Origin: Acidimicrobiia bacterium
GTDB lineage: Bacteria > Actinomycetota > Acidimicrobiia > Acidimicrobiales > Aldehydirespiratoraceae
Reading direction: 5' to 3'
Length of the DNA stretch: 57,329 nucleotides
Assembly: GCA_024421095.1 (NCBI GenBank)
Contig: JAHQYM010000004.1
Location: 1-57,329 of the forward strand
How positions within the stretch are numbered: position 1 is the first letter of the stretch; each line of letters starts with the position of its first letter. The position numbers were made by a program, and so were the translations under genes. The notes beneath the pieces were generated by a model, which had not been told where the DNA came from, did no database searches, and was given only the letters and a program-made list of their open reading frames with translations. Below, piece by piece: positions 18,867 to 29,323 of this stretch.

Positions 18867-19211
18867 GTGTACCGTATCGTTAGCGGATTGCTTGCCGTTG
18901 GATTAATGCTTGGCGCTTGCGCTAGCGAGCCACCGGAGGTGCCCCTCGGGCCCGATGGGCTACCCGATTTGGTGTTGGCGACGGGTCGTGGCGTGTATGG
19001 GGAACATTGCGCGTCTTGCCACGGGCGTAGTGGTGGTGGTGGTCAGGGGCCGCAACTTAACGCTGGAGTGGTAATTGCAAATTATCCAAATATTTCTGAT
19101 CAGGTTGCGGTAATTGCCGACGGTAGCGGTAGTATGCCCTCGTTCGCCAAGCGATTGTCTCAAGCAGATCTTGAGGCGGTCACTCGGTATACACGAGAGG
19201 TGTTGAGTTAG
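18867..19211 (+). CDS. Monoheme cytochrome c lipoprotein
   Basis: Lipobox LGAC, CASCHG heme motif and GSMPSF axial Met. Confidence 0.88.
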   Translation: MYRIVSGLLAVGLMLGACASEPPEVPLGPDGLPDLVLATGRGVYGEHCASCHGRSGGGGQGPQLNAGVVIANYPNISDQVAVIADGSGSMPSFAKRLSQADLEAVTRYTREVLS

Positions 19212-19297
19212 GCGGGGTCACAGACTTGGTCTAACACCTCTTAAACGCTCGCTGTTTGCGAAAGACAGCCTTTTATCACTTATTGAAAGGTTGTCTA

Positions 19298-20806
19298 ATG
19301 CTTGCTTCTATTCGTTCGTCCACGCTTGACGGGATTGACGGTGCCGCGGTTGATGTGGAGGTTCATGTCACCAACGGCCTTCCCGCTTTTACTATTGTGG
19401 GGTTACCTGATGCCTCGTGTCGTGAGGCGCGAGATCGGGTGCGTGCTGCTATCGAGTCGAGCGATCTTGCTTGGCCGATGCAACGTATCACGGTCAATTT
19501 GGCACCGAGCGGAGTGCGTAAAGTTGGCGCTGGCCTTGATGTTCCTATCGGGTTAGGAATTCTGGCCGCTTCTGAGCAGATCCCTCTGTCGGCGCTAGAA
19601 GATATTTCTGCTGTGGGTGAGTTGGGTCTTGATGGTTCGCTGCGAGCCGTGCCGGGCATCTTGCCTATGGTCGACGTTTTGAAGACGAATAGGGTGATTG
19701 TTGCCGCTGGTGACGCTGGTGTCGCTGCGCTTGGTGCGGGTGAGCGGGTTCGGCCGGTGCGGCGCTTGCGCGACATCGTTGATGCGGTCGCTGAGGGTTT
19801 ACCGTGGCCCCATGTTGAACCGCCGCAGTATCACGAGGAGATCCGTAATGACCCCGATTTGGCTGATGTTCGTGGGCAGGTGAGCGCTCGCTGGGGTCTT
19901 GAAATCGCGGCTGCGGGAGGCCATCATTTGTTGTTGGTTGGTCCGCCGGGTGGCGGCAAAACGATGTTGGCAAGGCGTTTGCCGGGTTTGTTGCCCGACC
20001 TTTCACCCGAAGCTGCTCGTTTGGTCACCCGTGTGCATAGTGCTGCGGCGATTCGTCTTCCCGGGTCTGGTTTGGTGCGTCGTCCACCGTTTCGGGCACC
20101 GCATCATTCAGCATCAATGGCCGCGTTGGTCGGTGGTGGGTCGGGGCGGATCGTGCCTGGTGAGATTAGCGTGGCTTCTGAGGGTGTGCTTTTTCTAGAT
20201 GAACTAGGAGAGTTTGCTCCTAGTGTGCTCGACGGTTTGCGTCAGCCTTTGGAGGAGGGTGTGGTGCGTGTGGCTCGCAGTGGTGTGATGCGTGAACATC
20301 CGGCGAACGTTTTGCTAGTTGCGGCGATGAACCCGTGCCCTTGTGGTGAAGGTGGTTCGGTGGGTTGCCGTTGCGGCCCTTCGGCTCGGTTGCGCTACTC
20401 GCGGCGTATTTCTGGGCCGGTGCTGGATCGCCTTGATGTGATGGTGCATGTGGATCGTCCGTCACCAACTGCGTTGTTAGACAGCGCGCCCGGCGAGTCT
20501 TCTGGCGAGGTGAGCCAGCGTGTGGCACGGGTGCGTGAACTTGCTGCGTGCCGTGGTGCGCCCACCAACGCTTCGTTAAGTCGTGAGCAACTCGAAGATG
20601 CGGCACCGCTAGATGCCGAAGCGACCGATGTGTTGCATCAGGCGCTGACCGATGGACGCTTGAGCGCGCGCGGTGCCATGCGAGTACGTGCAGTGGCGCG
20701 CACGATACGAGACTTAGACGATGCTGGCAGCACGCTTAGAGCATGCGATGTCTATGCGGCGATTGGTTTTAGGGTGCGCCCTCCGATGGGGGGATATGAT
20801 GCTTGA
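19298..20806 (+). CDS. comM: YifB/ComM Mg-chelatase-like AAA+ ATPase
   Basis: IVGLPD, ITVNLAP, GPPGGGKTMLA, PFRAPHHSAS, LFLDE and AAMNPCPCG. Confidence 0.94.
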   Translation: MLASIRSSTLDGIDGAAVDVEVHVTNGLPAFTIVGLPDASCREARDRVRAAIESSDLAWPMQRITVNLAPSGVRKVGAGLDVPIGLGILAASEQIPLSALEDISAVGELGLDGSLRAVPGILPMVDVLKTNRVIVAAGDAGVAALGAGERVRPVRRLRDIVDAVAEGLPWPHVEPPQYHEEIRNDPDLADVRGQVSARWGLEIAAAGGHHLLLVGPPGGGKTMLARRLPGLLPDLSPEAARLVTRVHSAAAIRLPGSGLVRRPPFRAPHHSASMAALVGGGSGRIVPGEISVASEGVLFLDELGEFAPSVLDGLRQPLEEGVVRVARSGVMREHPANVLLVAAMNPCPCGEGGSVGCRCGPSARLRYSRRISGPVLDRLDVMVHVDRPSPTALLDSAPGESSGEVSQRVARVRELAACRGAPTNASLSREQLEDAAPLDAEATDVLHQALTDGRLSARGAMRVRAVARTIRDLDDAGSTLRACDVYAAIGFRVRPPMGGYDA

Positions 20807-21944
20807 CGAATTGCGCGGGGAGGCGCGTGAGGATGTGTTGGCGGCTGCTCTCGCGGCCTTGCCCGGGGCGACCGCGCTGCGTTTGCACAACTTGCTTGAA
20901 GCCAGATCCGCTAGCGAGGCTTACGCGGCGATCAATGACGGTGTACTGAGTAGCGATGTAGCACCACTTGAAGTGCTTGAAGAGTGGCAAACTGGGATCA
21001 CTAGGTTTGACTTAGGGATTTTGCAGGCACGAATAGATGCTGCGGAAGTGCGGGTGAGCATTCTCCATGACGCGGATCACCCACTGCAACTCAAACACGA
21101 CATTGACCCGGCAGCAGTGTTGTTTCGTCGCGGCAACCTTCCCGATCCGGGTTTGGCGCATGTGGCCGTGGTGGGCACTCGGCGAGCAACTGCGATAGGA
21201 CGGGAGGTGGCGCGTCAACTCGGATTTGGGCTGGCGCAAGCTGGGGTCGTGGTGGTTTCTGGGTTGGCTTTGGGCATTGATGGTGAGGCGCATCGTGGCG
21301 CGCTATTAGCTGAGGGGGCTGCGCCTGTGGCGGTAGTGGGTAGCGGGGTTGATGTGGTGTATCCGAAACGCCACGCTGATCTTTGGCAACAGATTGCTGA
21401 GTGCGGCGCGGTGGTTAGCGAGGCACCGATTGGGGCGAACCCTGAACCGTGGCGCTTTCCGGCGCGCAATCGATTGATCGCGGCTTTCGCGGATTTGGTT
21501 GTGGTTGTGGAATCGCGTCGGGCGGGGGGATCGTTGTTGACCGTTGAGCAAGCAATGCGTAGAGATATTGATGTGATGGCGGTACCCGGTTCAGTGCGTA
21601 ATCGCGCGGCCGAAGGCACTAATGCGTTGCTTGTTGATGGTTGTGCGCCGGCCCGTGACGTTGCCGATGTTTTGGTTGCTTTGGGTCTCAGCGAGATCGC
21701 GGTGACGGCGCGACGCGACAATTCCTTTGCTGACCGTGGCGCAGCACCGAACCTGAGAGTTGTTGGCGGTGCTGGGTCAAAAGAAATGATCACGGTTCTT
21801 GAGGCGATTGATGACGGCCCAACTTCGATTGATGAAGTGCTAGCCCGCACTGGCTTGGCTGTTTTTGATGTTTCAGCGTGTGTTGAGGAGTTGGTGACAG
21901 CCAATTTGGTGACCCATGACGGTGCGAGAGTTAGGAGGCTTTGA
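20796..21944 (+). CDS. dprA: DNA processing protein DprA
   Basis: VAVVGTR, VVSGLALGIDG.AHRGAL, FPARNRLIA and VPG. Confidence 0.93.
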   Translation: MMLDELRGEAREDVLAAALAALPGATALRLHNLLEARSASEAYAAINDGVLSSDVAPLEVLEEWQTGITRFDLGILQARIDAAEVRVSILHDADHPLQLKHDIDPAAVLFRRGNLPDPGLAHVAVVGTRRATAIGREVARQLGFGLAQAGVVVVSGLALGIDGEAHRGALLAEGAAPVAVVGSGVDVVYPKRHADLWQQIAECGAVVSEAPIGANPEPWRFPARNRLIAAFADLVVVVESRRAGGSLLTVEQAMRRDIDVMAVPGSVRNRAAEGTNALLVDGCAPARDVADVLVALGLSEIAVTARRDNSFADRGAAPNLRVVGGAGSKEMITVLEAIDDGPTSIDEVLARTGLAVFDVSACVEELVTANLVTHDGARVRRL

Positions 21945-22021
21945 TGCGGTCGCGTCAGCAAAAACCTGGTTTGCAGAGGGAGTTTTCTTGGTGGCGTGTG
22001 GTTTTGGGTAGGATAATGGTT

Positions 22022-22912
22022 ATGCAGTCGTGGAACCTCACTACTTGGCTCGACTCGCTTACCCGACTTGCGCCATCAACGAAGGCTGTCTACAAGCGTG
22101 ACATGGATGCTGTCGTGGAATGGTTTCGTGGTAATGATGTGTTGGCACCTGATCTGGTGACACGTCGGCACCTGCGAAGCTATCTGGCAGAGTTGCACAG
22201 TGCTGGTTATGCCCGCCGCACAACTGCACGTAAGGCATCGGTGATTCGCCGCTACTTTGGTTGGTCTTGCCGCGCTGGTGGTCTTGTCAACGATCCGAGT
22301 ATTGAGCTTTTGGCCCCGCGTGGTAGAGCGGCGCTACCTACGATCCTCAAGGCTGCGGAACTTGATGTCTTACTTGTTGGGTCGACTGCTGCTGCGGAGC
22401 AGGCAACGCAACACCCCCATATTGAGTTGCGAGACCGTGCGGTCGTGGAGTTGTTGTATGGCAGTGGTTTGCGGGTCAGTGAACTTTGTGGGCTTCGTTA
22501 CGAAGACCTGCTTGGCTCTAACGACATGATTACGGTTTGGGGCAAAGGTTCCAAGCAACGGCGGGTGCCACTTTCTCAAGCAGCTGCCGTGGCTTTGCGT
22601 GCTTGGATTTATGATGGGCGCCCTGAGATGCTTACTGAGGCCACCCCCGATGATTACATTTTTTTGAATCGGCGTGGTAAACGGTTGTCACCTCGCGATG
22701 TGCGCCGCATTCTCGATCGTCGCTCGCTTACCCCAACGCATCCTCACGCTTTGCGCCACACTTGTGCCACCCATCTCCTTGATGGTGGCGCGGATTTGCG
22801 CAGCGTGCAGGAGTTCTTGGGTCACGCAGACCTGGCAACTACGCAGATCTACACTCGGGTTAGTCGGGAGCGTTTGCGTGAAGTGCATCGCGCTACGCAC
22901 CCTCGGGCTTAG
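22022..22912 (+). CDS. xerC: XerC-like tyrosine recombinase
   Basis: ELLYGSGLRVSEL, GKGSKQR, HALRHTCATHLL and LGHADLATTQIY. Standard position after dprA. Confidence 0.88.
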   Translation: MQSWNLTTWLDSLTRLAPSTKAVYKRDMDAVVEWFRGNDVLAPDLVTRRHLRSYLAELHSAGYARRTTARKASVIRRYFGWSCRAGGLVNDPSIELLAPRGRAALPTILKAAELDVLLVGSTAAAEQATQHPHIELRDRAVVELLYGSGLRVSELCGLRYEDLLGSNDMITVWGKGSKQRRVPLSQAAAVALRAWIYDGRPEMLTEATPDDYIFLNRRGKRLSPRDVRRILDRRSLTPTHPHALRHTCATHLLDGGADLRSVQEFLGHADLATTQIYTRVSRERLREVHRATHPRA

Positions 22913-22954
22913 GGCCCGTCTCGGTTTCGGAAGTTCATCGTTGCTGGCTCAACG

Positions 22955-23581
22955 GTGGCGCAAACATTAAAGAGAAGCATGATGGATTTATTTTGGCTTA
23001 GCAAATGCCTGAGGCGTTGGGTCGTGGCCATAGCGTTGTTGGTTGCCGTTGTGGCGGTTGAGTTACCGCTAGGTTCAGCCGCCGATATGGTTTTTCGGCG
23101 GCCGACTTCGGCCCCGGTCTTAGATCCGTTTCGTTTACCTGACGGCCAATATGGTGCCGGTAATCGTGGGATTGAATACGACACCAAAGAAAACGAGCGG
23201 ATTGTTGCGGCGGCGCGTGGGTTGGTGGTATTCGCCGGACCAGTAGCGGGTTCGCTTTTCGTGACCGTTGATCATGGGAATGGTTTGGAGACTTCCTATG
23301 GGTTCGTCCAGAACATTCTCGTTCGTAAGGGTCAAGATGTGCTTGATGGCGATCTGCTAGCGTTGGCTGCTGGACCGTTTCATTTCAGCGTGCGGCGCGA
23401 TGGCGAATATCTAGACCCGGAACCGTTTTTTGGGGTTCGACGGGTTCGGGTGCGTTTGGTTCCGCACAGCAACGCTAGACTACAGCACGGCTCTTCGAGC
23501 CTCGGACGTTATCAGATTGATATCGACGAATACATGACTGCCTATGCCATTCCCGGTCGCCTTGGTGCTTGGTATGGGTAA
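22955..23581 (+). CDS. M23 family peptidase-like protein
   Basis: YGAGNRGIEY, VFAGPVAG and FHFSVR..YLDP. The canonical HxxxD zinc ligands appear substituted. Start and 3' tail uncertain. Confidence 0.75.
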   Translation: MAQTLKRSMMDLFWLSKCLRRWVVAIALLVAVVAVELPLGSAADMVFRRPTSAPVLDPFRLPDGQYGAGNRGIEYDTKENERIVAAARGLVVFAGPVAGSLFVTVDHGNGLETSYGFVQNILVRKGQDVLDGDLLALAAGPFHFSVRRDGEYLDPEPFFGVRRVRVRLVPHSNARLQHGSSSLGRYQIDIDEYMTAYAIPGRLGAWYG

Positions 23582-23600
23582 CAACCGGGAAGAAAGGCAA
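23474..23600 (+). promoter_or_regulatory. rpsB promoter and structured 5' leader (putative S2 autoregulatory element)
   Basis: TAGACT -10 and a GGCTC-TTC-GAGCC hairpin. 23539-23549 pairs with 23570-23580, and TTCCCGGT (23550-57) is complementary to ACCGGGAA (23584-91) next to the SD. Confidence 0.55.
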
Positions 23601-23602
23601 GT

Positions 23603-24607
23603 ATGGCAGTAATTTCGTTGCAGCAGTTGTTGGATGCGGGTCTACATTTTGGGCATCAGACCCGCCGTTGGAACCCGAAGATGAAACGTTTTATTCATGG
23701 TGAACGTTCGGGAATCCACATTGTCGACTTGCACCAGACGCTAAGGCATGTAGAGCAGTCCTACGTTTTTGTGCGTGACCTCGTGGCGGGCGGTGGAACT
23801 ATTTTGTTCATTGGCACTAAGAAGCAGGCACAGGATTCCATTCAGTCTTTTGCGCAACGTTGCAAGATGCCCTATATCAATGAGCGTTGGCTCGGTGGCA
23901 TGCTCACCAATTTCCAGACCATCTCGAAACGAGTGGGCAAGATGAAGGACTATCAACGCATGCGAGACTCAGGCGAGTTTGATGCCATGCCCAAAAAAGA
24001 GGCACTGCTCATCAGCCGCGAACTTACCAAATTGGAACGCAATCTCGTGGGCATCCGCGACATGGAAACGCTGCCTGCAGCAATTTTCGTGCTCGACACT
24101 AAAAAGGAACACATCGCGGTCACTGAGGCTCGCAAAGTTGGCGTTCCGATTGTGGCTGTGGTCGACACAAACTGTGATCCCGACTTGATCGATTATGCCA
24201 TTCCCGGCAATGATGATGCCATTCGTGCGGGTCAACTCATGTGTCGGGTGATCTCTGATGCAGTTCAAGAGGGCCGCTATATGTGGTCGAAGCGCGCCGA
24301 GTTGGCTGCGCCGGCTGCCCGTGACGCTGCCGAAGAAGCAGAATTTGCTAAACAGCAGGAGGAGGCTCGCAGTAAAGCAGCGAGTGAAGCAGCGCTCCGC
24401 GAAGCCCGCCTAGCGCAAACCCAGCAACCAACAGAAAACGCCGAAACGACTGAGCTCGCCGAAACTGCGGAGCCCGCCGAGTCGGAAGATAATGTAGCTC
24501 CAACCGAAGCCAACGAAGCTATCGAAGCCACAGGAACCAGCGCAGCTAGCGAAGCGGTCGCAATAACCCAACCAACTGAAGCAACCGCAGCGGTTGAACC
24601 CTCTTAA
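23603..24607 (+). CDS. rpsB: 30S ribosomal protein S2
   Basis: [25 protein letters not shown] and PGNDDAIR, with an acidic low-complexity tail. Confidence 0.97.
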   Translation: MAVISLQQLLDAGLHFGHQTRRWNPKMKRFIHGERSGIHIVDLHQTLRHVEQSYVFVRDLVAGGGTILFIGTKKQAQDSIQSFAQRCKMPYINERWLGGMLTNFQTISKRVGKMKDYQRMRDSGEFDAMPKKEALLISRELTKLERNLVGIRDMETLPAAIFVLDTKKEHIAVTEARKVGVPIVAVVDTNCDPDLIDYAIPGNDDAIRAGQLMCRVISDAVQEGRYMWSKRAELAAPAARDAAEEAEFAKQQEEARSKAASEAALREARLAQTQQPTENAETTELAETAEPAESEDNVAPTEANEAIEATGTSAASEAVAITQPTEATAAVEPS

Positions 24608-24630
24608 ACTCAAAATCGGAGACAAACAAA

Positions 24631-25419
24631 ATGTCAATCACCGCCAAAGACGTAAAGGCGCTACGCGATGCAACCGGCGCAGGCATGATGGATGCCAAGA
24701 AAGCCCTCGTGGATTGCAACGGAGACAGCGAAGCGGCAACACAGTTGCTGCGCGAAAAGGGGCTCGCCAAAGCCGCCGCGCGCAGCGACCGCGGCAACGA
24801 TGAAGGCACCGTTGCCCTAGTCGCAAGTGTCAACCTCGCAGCAGTCGCGCAAATCAAAACTGAGACCGACTTCTCAGCCAAAAGTGCAGCAGTAACGGAA
24901 CTGGCTCGCCGCATCGCCGATGATGTCTTCAACTCGGGGCTAGACGCTGCGAACCAGCATGCTCCGGCGATAGAAGACTTGCGTGTCAAGATCAAAGAAA
25001 ACGTTGCGCTAGGAGCAGTGCATCGGGTTGAAGCCGCTCCCGGCAACATCATCGACACCTACTTACATAGCCAAGACGGCCGAGGTGTGAACGCGGTTGT
25101 GGTTGAGGGAACCAACGTGCCTCAAGACGCATTGCACCAAGTTGCGTTGCATATCGCCTTCGCCAAACCGACTTACCTTGCTGCATCTCAAGTGCCAGCG
25201 GCTGAAGTTAAAAGAGAACGTGCCTCATTGCTTGAAATCACCAAAGCCGAAGGCAAACCGCAAGTGGCTTGGGAAAAAATCGTGGATGGTCGCATGCGCG
25301 GCTGGTTTGCCGAACGAGTGCTCCTTGAACAGGGTTTACACGGCGATAAGGCCACCGTTAAACAAAGTTTGAAGGGCGGCTCGATTGTTGGATTTTTGCA
25401 GGTTGTGATCGGTAGCTAA
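24631..25419 (+). CDS. tsf: Elongation factor Ts
   Basis: VKALRDATGAGMMDAKKAL, ETDF and EGKP. Confidence 0.96.
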   Translation: MSITAKDVKALRDATGAGMMDAKKALVDCNGDSEAATQLLREKGLAKAAARSDRGNDEGTVALVASVNLAAVAQIKTETDFSAKSAAVTELARRIADDVFNSGLDAANQHAPAIEDLRVKIKENVALGAVHRVEAAPGNIIDTYLHSQDGRGVNAVVVEGTNVPQDALHQVALHIAFAKPTYLAASQVPAAEVKRERASLLEITKAEGKPQVAWEKIVDGRMRGWFAERVLLEQGLHGDKATVKQSLKGGSIVGFLQVVIGS

Positions 25420-25421
25420 CC

Positions 25422-26216
25422 TTGAGCCACGCCACTGAAGCTTTACGAGGGTTGAACACACCGCAATGGCGGAGGGTCCTTTTGAAGATCTCTGGACAGG
25501 CGTTCACCGGGTCGCTTGATTACGGCATAGACACAGACACGGTTAACCGTATTGCCCAAGATATTGTCAGCGTCAAAAGCTATTTTGATATTGAAATAGC
25601 TGTGGTGGTTGGCGGGGGCAACATTTGGCGCGGCGTTCAAGGCGCTCACGATGGCATGGACCTAGCTCAAGCTGATTACATGGGTATGTTGTCAACGGTA
25701 ATGAACGGCCTCGCTTTGCAAGACACCATGGAACGTTTCGGTGTCGACACGCGTTTACAAAGTGCCGTGCATATGGCGCAAATCGCCGAACCATATATCA
25801 GGCGCCGTGCGATCCGTCACCTAGAAAAAGGGCGGATCGTGATTTTGGCGAGTGGTACCGGCAATCCCGGTTTCACCACAGACACCGCTGCGAGTTTACG
25901 AGCGGTAGAGATTGAGGCCGAAGCTGTGCTCAAGGGTACGCATGGGGGCATTGACGGGATCTACACAAACGATCCGAACATTGATAGCGAGGCCGTCAAA
26001 CTAGATCATGTTACTTATCTTGATGTGGTTAATCAAGGCTTGAAAGTGATGGATACAACAGCTATTACATTGTGCATGGAGAACCAAATGCCGATTGTGG
26101 TATTTGATTTGATGGGTGAGGGCAACCTTCAATCTGTGCTAGAAGGAAAGGGGATCGGAACCTTAGTAAATTCTGGCGATACAGCCACTCTTGAAGGTAA
26201 GGTTTCTAGGAACTGA
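25422..26216 (+). CDS. pyrH: Uridylate kinase
   Basis: RVLLKISG, GGGNIWRG and GTGNPGFTTD. Confidence 0.96.
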   Translation: MSHATEALRGLNTPQWRRVLLKISGQAFTGSLDYGIDTDTVNRIAQDIVSVKSYFDIEIAVVVGGGNIWRGVQGAHDGMDLAQADYMGMLSTVMNGLALQDTMERFGVDTRLQSAVHMAQIAEPYIRRRAIRHLEKGRIVILASGTGNPGFTTDTAASLRAVEIEAEAVLKGTHGGIDGIYTNDPNIDSEAVKLDHVTYLDVVNQGLKVMDTTAITLCMENQMPIVVFDLMGEGNLQSVLEGKGIGTLVNSGDTATLEGKVSRN

Positions 26217-26217
26217 T

Positions 26218-26784
26218 ATGAACGAGATGATTGAGATAGTGCTTGAAGAAGCGGCTGATCAAATGCTCAACGCGGTAGACCACACGCGCCGAGATTTCTC
26301 TTCAGTCCGCACCGGACGAGCATCTTCAAGCCTCATCGATCGCTTGACCGCCGAGGCCTACGGCGTGGAGATGCGTTTGCAGGAGTTGGCAAGTTTTTCG
26401 GTGCCCGAAGCCCGCTTGCTAGTCGTTGCCCCGCACGATGCTGCGAATCTCAACGCTATCGAAAGGGCTATCGTCAATGCCAATCTGGGGTTGATGCCGA
26501 GTAATGATGGCCGGGTGATCCGTTTGGCGTTCCCGGCGTTGACTACGGAGCGGCGGCGTGAACTTTCGCGGGTTGTGGGTGCGATGAGCGAAGATGGGAA
26601 ACAAAGAATCAACGCGGTTCGTAGGGCTGCTCGTAAACAACTTGATGATCTTGATAACGATGGGGGAGTGTCCGAGGATGAGATTGTGCGTACCCAAACG
26701 CGCCTTGACGCACTCAAGGACACACATTTGGCTATGATTGATGAAGCACAGGCCACCAAGCAGCAGGAGTTGATGGAGGTTTGA
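26218..26784 (+). CDS. frr: Ribosome recycling factor
   Basis: VRTGRAS, PSNDGRVIRL and ERRREL. Confidence 0.95.
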   Translation: MNEMIEIVLEEAADQMLNAVDHTRRDFSSVRTGRASSSLIDRLTAEAYGVEMRLQELASFSVPEARLLVVAPHDAANLNAIERAIVNANLGLMPSNDGRVIRLAFPALTTERRRELSRVVGAMSEDGKQRINAVRRAARKQLDDLDNDGGVSEDEIVRTQTRLDALKDTHLAMIDEAQATKQQELMEV

Positions 26785-26814
26785 CTGCGGTCACTCCAGC
26801 GAAAAGAGATATTG

Positions 26815-28128
26815 ATGAGCCACGACCAAGACAACGAGGGATTCGCAATTGAGCGTACCGACCCAATTGATGATGATGTGGCACCAGGTCGGTCAGTGTT
26901 CGGAGAAGACAATGTTTCTTTCGAGGCTGACGATGCGGCGGTGCCGCATTGGAGCGCGCCACCCACTGGGAGGGTTCCAAAAGTGGAGGCACCGGCGGCG
27001 AGCATCACTTTTGATCCCCGAACCGCACCGCTACAACATGAGCAACCGCAGATGCATTCACAAACACAATTGCCGCCCTCGCAACCACCGTTGATTGGTG
27101 GAGACGACACTTCAGGATGGGCTGCCGAAACTAGCCAAACTACATGGGCAGGAGAGCAGAATATGTTGCCGCCGAGACAGCCGAATATCTCTACCGATGT
27201 GGATGCCGATGCCTTCTTTGCCCATAGTGACGATGATGTCGGCGCGCCAGACCAAACAGAGCGCTCGCCTTTGAGTGCGGCTTTTGGTGTGAATGGAGGT
27301 GGCGATCGCAATATTTTTACGGCCACGATCGTGGGGCTCGGGCTTGCGGCTCTGATACTCGCGGCCATGGCGTATCGAGAGTGGGTAGCGGTTGCGATAA
27401 TTACGGTTGCGTTGGGGGTTGCGGCAGTTGAGTTTTTCAACGCGGTGCGTGTTGCGAACTTGCATCCAGCGGTGTTGCTTGGCCTTACCAGCGTGGTGGC
27501 GATGCCTCCGGCTGTGTATTGGAGGGGCGAATCAGCAGCGGGTTTGGTGTTGATGTTATCGGTGGTGTTTGGCGGAATATGGTATGTTGTTGTTGCTCCG
27601 AATGATTCACCGATACGCGGCCTCGGTTCAACCGTGTTGGGTATACTCCATATCGGTTTGTTGGGGTCTTATGCGGCGTTGATGTTGTCTATTCCAGTTC
27701 ATGGAACGGGGCTTTTGACTGCGGCGATTATCGTGACAGTTGCTTATGACACTGGTGGGTTTGTGGTTGGGCGAACCATGGGTCGCTCGCCGTTGTCGCC
27801 AGCGAGCCCAAATAAGACTCTTGAAGGTTTGATTGGTGGGGTAGTGGCGGCGATTGCTGCGGCTTTTGTTATGGGTTGGTTTGAGCAACCTTCGCCGCTC
27901 GCTGATACCGCTTTTGGCGGGGGACTTGGTACCATGATGATTCTTGGTGCTGCTGCGGCGATTGTTGCGCCTCTCGGTGATTTGGCTGAATCTTTAATTA
28001 AACGTGATTTGGGGATTAAAGATATGGGTTCGATTCTGCCCGGCCATGGTGGCGTTCTTGATCGTTTCGATAGTTTGTTGTTTGTTCTGCCAACTACCTT
28101 TTACGTATCTCGTTTCGTCTTGACCTGA
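26815..28128 (+). CDS. cdsA: Phosphatidate cytidylyltransferase with N-terminal extension
   Basis: SPNKTLEG and GDLAESLIKRDLGIKDMGSILPGHGGVLDRFDS. Confidence 0.93.
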   Translation: MSHDQDNEGFAIERTDPIDDDVAPGRSVFGEDNVSFEADDAAVPHWSAPPTGRVPKVEAPAASITFDPRTAPLQHEQPQMHSQTQLPPSQPPLIGGDDTSGWAAETSQTTWAGEQNMLPPRQPNISTDVDADAFFAHSDDDVGAPDQTERSPLSAAFGVNGGGDRNIFTATIVGLGLAALILAAMAYREWVAVAIITVALGVAAVEFFNAVRVANLHPAVLLGLTSVVAMPPAVYWRGESAAGLVLMLSVVFGGIWYVVVAPNDSPIRGLGSTVLGILHIGLLGSYAALMLSIPVHGTGLLTAAIIVTVAYDTGGFVVGRTMGRSPLSPASPNKTLEGLIGGVVAAIAAAFVMGWFEQPSPLADTAFGGGLGTMMILGAAAAIVAPLGDLAESLIKRDLGIKDMGSILPGHGGVLDRFDSLLFVLPTTFYVSRFVLT

Positions 28129-28129
28129 T

Positions 28130-29323
28130 GTGACCGTTCCCGTTGCTGTTTTGGGTTCTAGTGGCTCCATTGGGACTCAAACACTTGATGTGATTCGGGC
28201 TGAACCTGACCGTTACCGGGTGGCGGCGCTTGGGGTGGCTAACTCTGTTGATATTGTTTGTGAGCAAGCGCACGAGTTCCGTCCTGAAGTTGTTGTTGTA
28301 GCTGATGCGGATTGCGCGAAAGGTTTGCGCGGCCGTTTGCCGGCGGGAACGGAACTGCTTGTTGGTGCGGATGCGTTGGTGTTGGCTGTGCAATGCGCCG
28401 ACACTGTGATCAATGGGGTGGTTGGTTTTGCTGGGTTGCCGGTGACGTTGGCAACTCTTGAGGCTGGTAAACGGTTGGGTTTGGCGAACAAAGAATCACT
28501 TATCGCTGCGGGTCCTCTGGTGCAACGGGCTTGGACGACTGAGGGTGCGGAATTGTTGCCGGTAGACAGTGAACATTGCGCTATTCATCAGTGCCTTCGC
28601 GGCGAGAGTGTTTTCGATGTGGGGTCTGTGGACTGCCAAAGAACGGGAGCGGTGGAGGTGGCGGAACTGGTGTTGACGGCTAGTGGTGGGCCGTTTTGGG
28701 GTCGCTCCAAGGCGGAACTTGCTGGGGTGACGGTTGCTGATGCGTTGGCGCATCCTACTTGGCAGATGGGTCCGAAGATAACGGTCGATTCGAGTACCTT
28801 GATGAATAAGGGGCTTGAGGTTATTGAGGCTCATGAATTGTTTGGTGTTGATTATGATCAGATTCGGGTGTTGATTCATCCTCAGTCGATTGTCCATTCG
28901 TTGGTTAGTTTCGTTGATGGGTCTACGTTGGCGCAACTTTCGCTGCCCGATATGCGCTTGTGCATCGGTTATGTTTTGGCGTTTCCGCGGCGTTGTCGAG
29001 CGAGTTTTGGGAAGATTGATTGGGCGGATGTGCCCGGTTTGGAGTTCGCCTTAGCAGATAGCGATACTTTCAGATGCTTGACCTTGGCTTATGACGCTGG
29101 CAGAGCCGCGCAGACGGCTCCGGCTTGGTTGAGCGCTGCTAATGAGGTTGCGGTTGAGGCGTTTTTGGCTGGGGTGATCCCTTGGTTTGCGATTGCTGAT
29201 GTTGTGGAGGCCGTGATGCAAGTCTGGCCGGGTGTGGTGGCGAGTGATGTTGAGGCGGTTCTTGAAGTTGACCGCGCCGCCCGTGAAGTGGCTCGCGCTA
29301 CGATTCAAAGAACTAAGTTATGA
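28130..29323 (+). CDS. dxr: 1-deoxy-D-xylulose 5-phosphate reductoisomerase
   Basis: LGSSGSIG, ANKES, PVDSEH, TASGGPF and HPTWQMG. Confidence 0.96.
   Translation: MTVPVAVLGSSGSIGTQTLDVIRAEPDRYRVAALGVANSVDIVCEQAHEFRPEVVVVADADCAKGLRGRLPAGTELLVGADALVLAVQCADTVINGVVGFAGLPVTLATLEAGKRLGLANKESLIAAGPLVQRAWTTEGAELLPVDSEHCAIHQCLRGESVFDVGSVDCQRTGAVEVAELVLTASGGPFWGRSKAELAGVTVADALAHPTWQMGPKITVDSSTLMNKGLEVIEAHELFGVDYDQIRVLIHPQSIVHSLVSFVDGSTLAQLSLPDMRLCIGYVLAFPRRCRASFGKIDWADVPGLEFALADSDTFRCLTLAYDAGRAAQTAPAWLSAANEVAVEAFLAGVIPWFAIADVVEAVMQVWPGVVASDVEAVLEVDRAAREVARATIQRTKL

Noticed and set aside
19216-19237. Fourth PafBC-like promoter before comM (GGTCAC-N10-TAACAC)
   Set aside because: Mismatches in both boxes, including the conserved final T.
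22022-22912. Tyrosine recombinase as a prophage or island integrase
   Set aside because: Standard dprA-xerC-M23-rpsB context, with no att sites or cargo seen.
26358-27440. 360-aa antisense ORF and similar long opposite-strand ORFs
   Set aside because: They overlap well-supported genes (frr and cdsA), as expected for antisense shadows.
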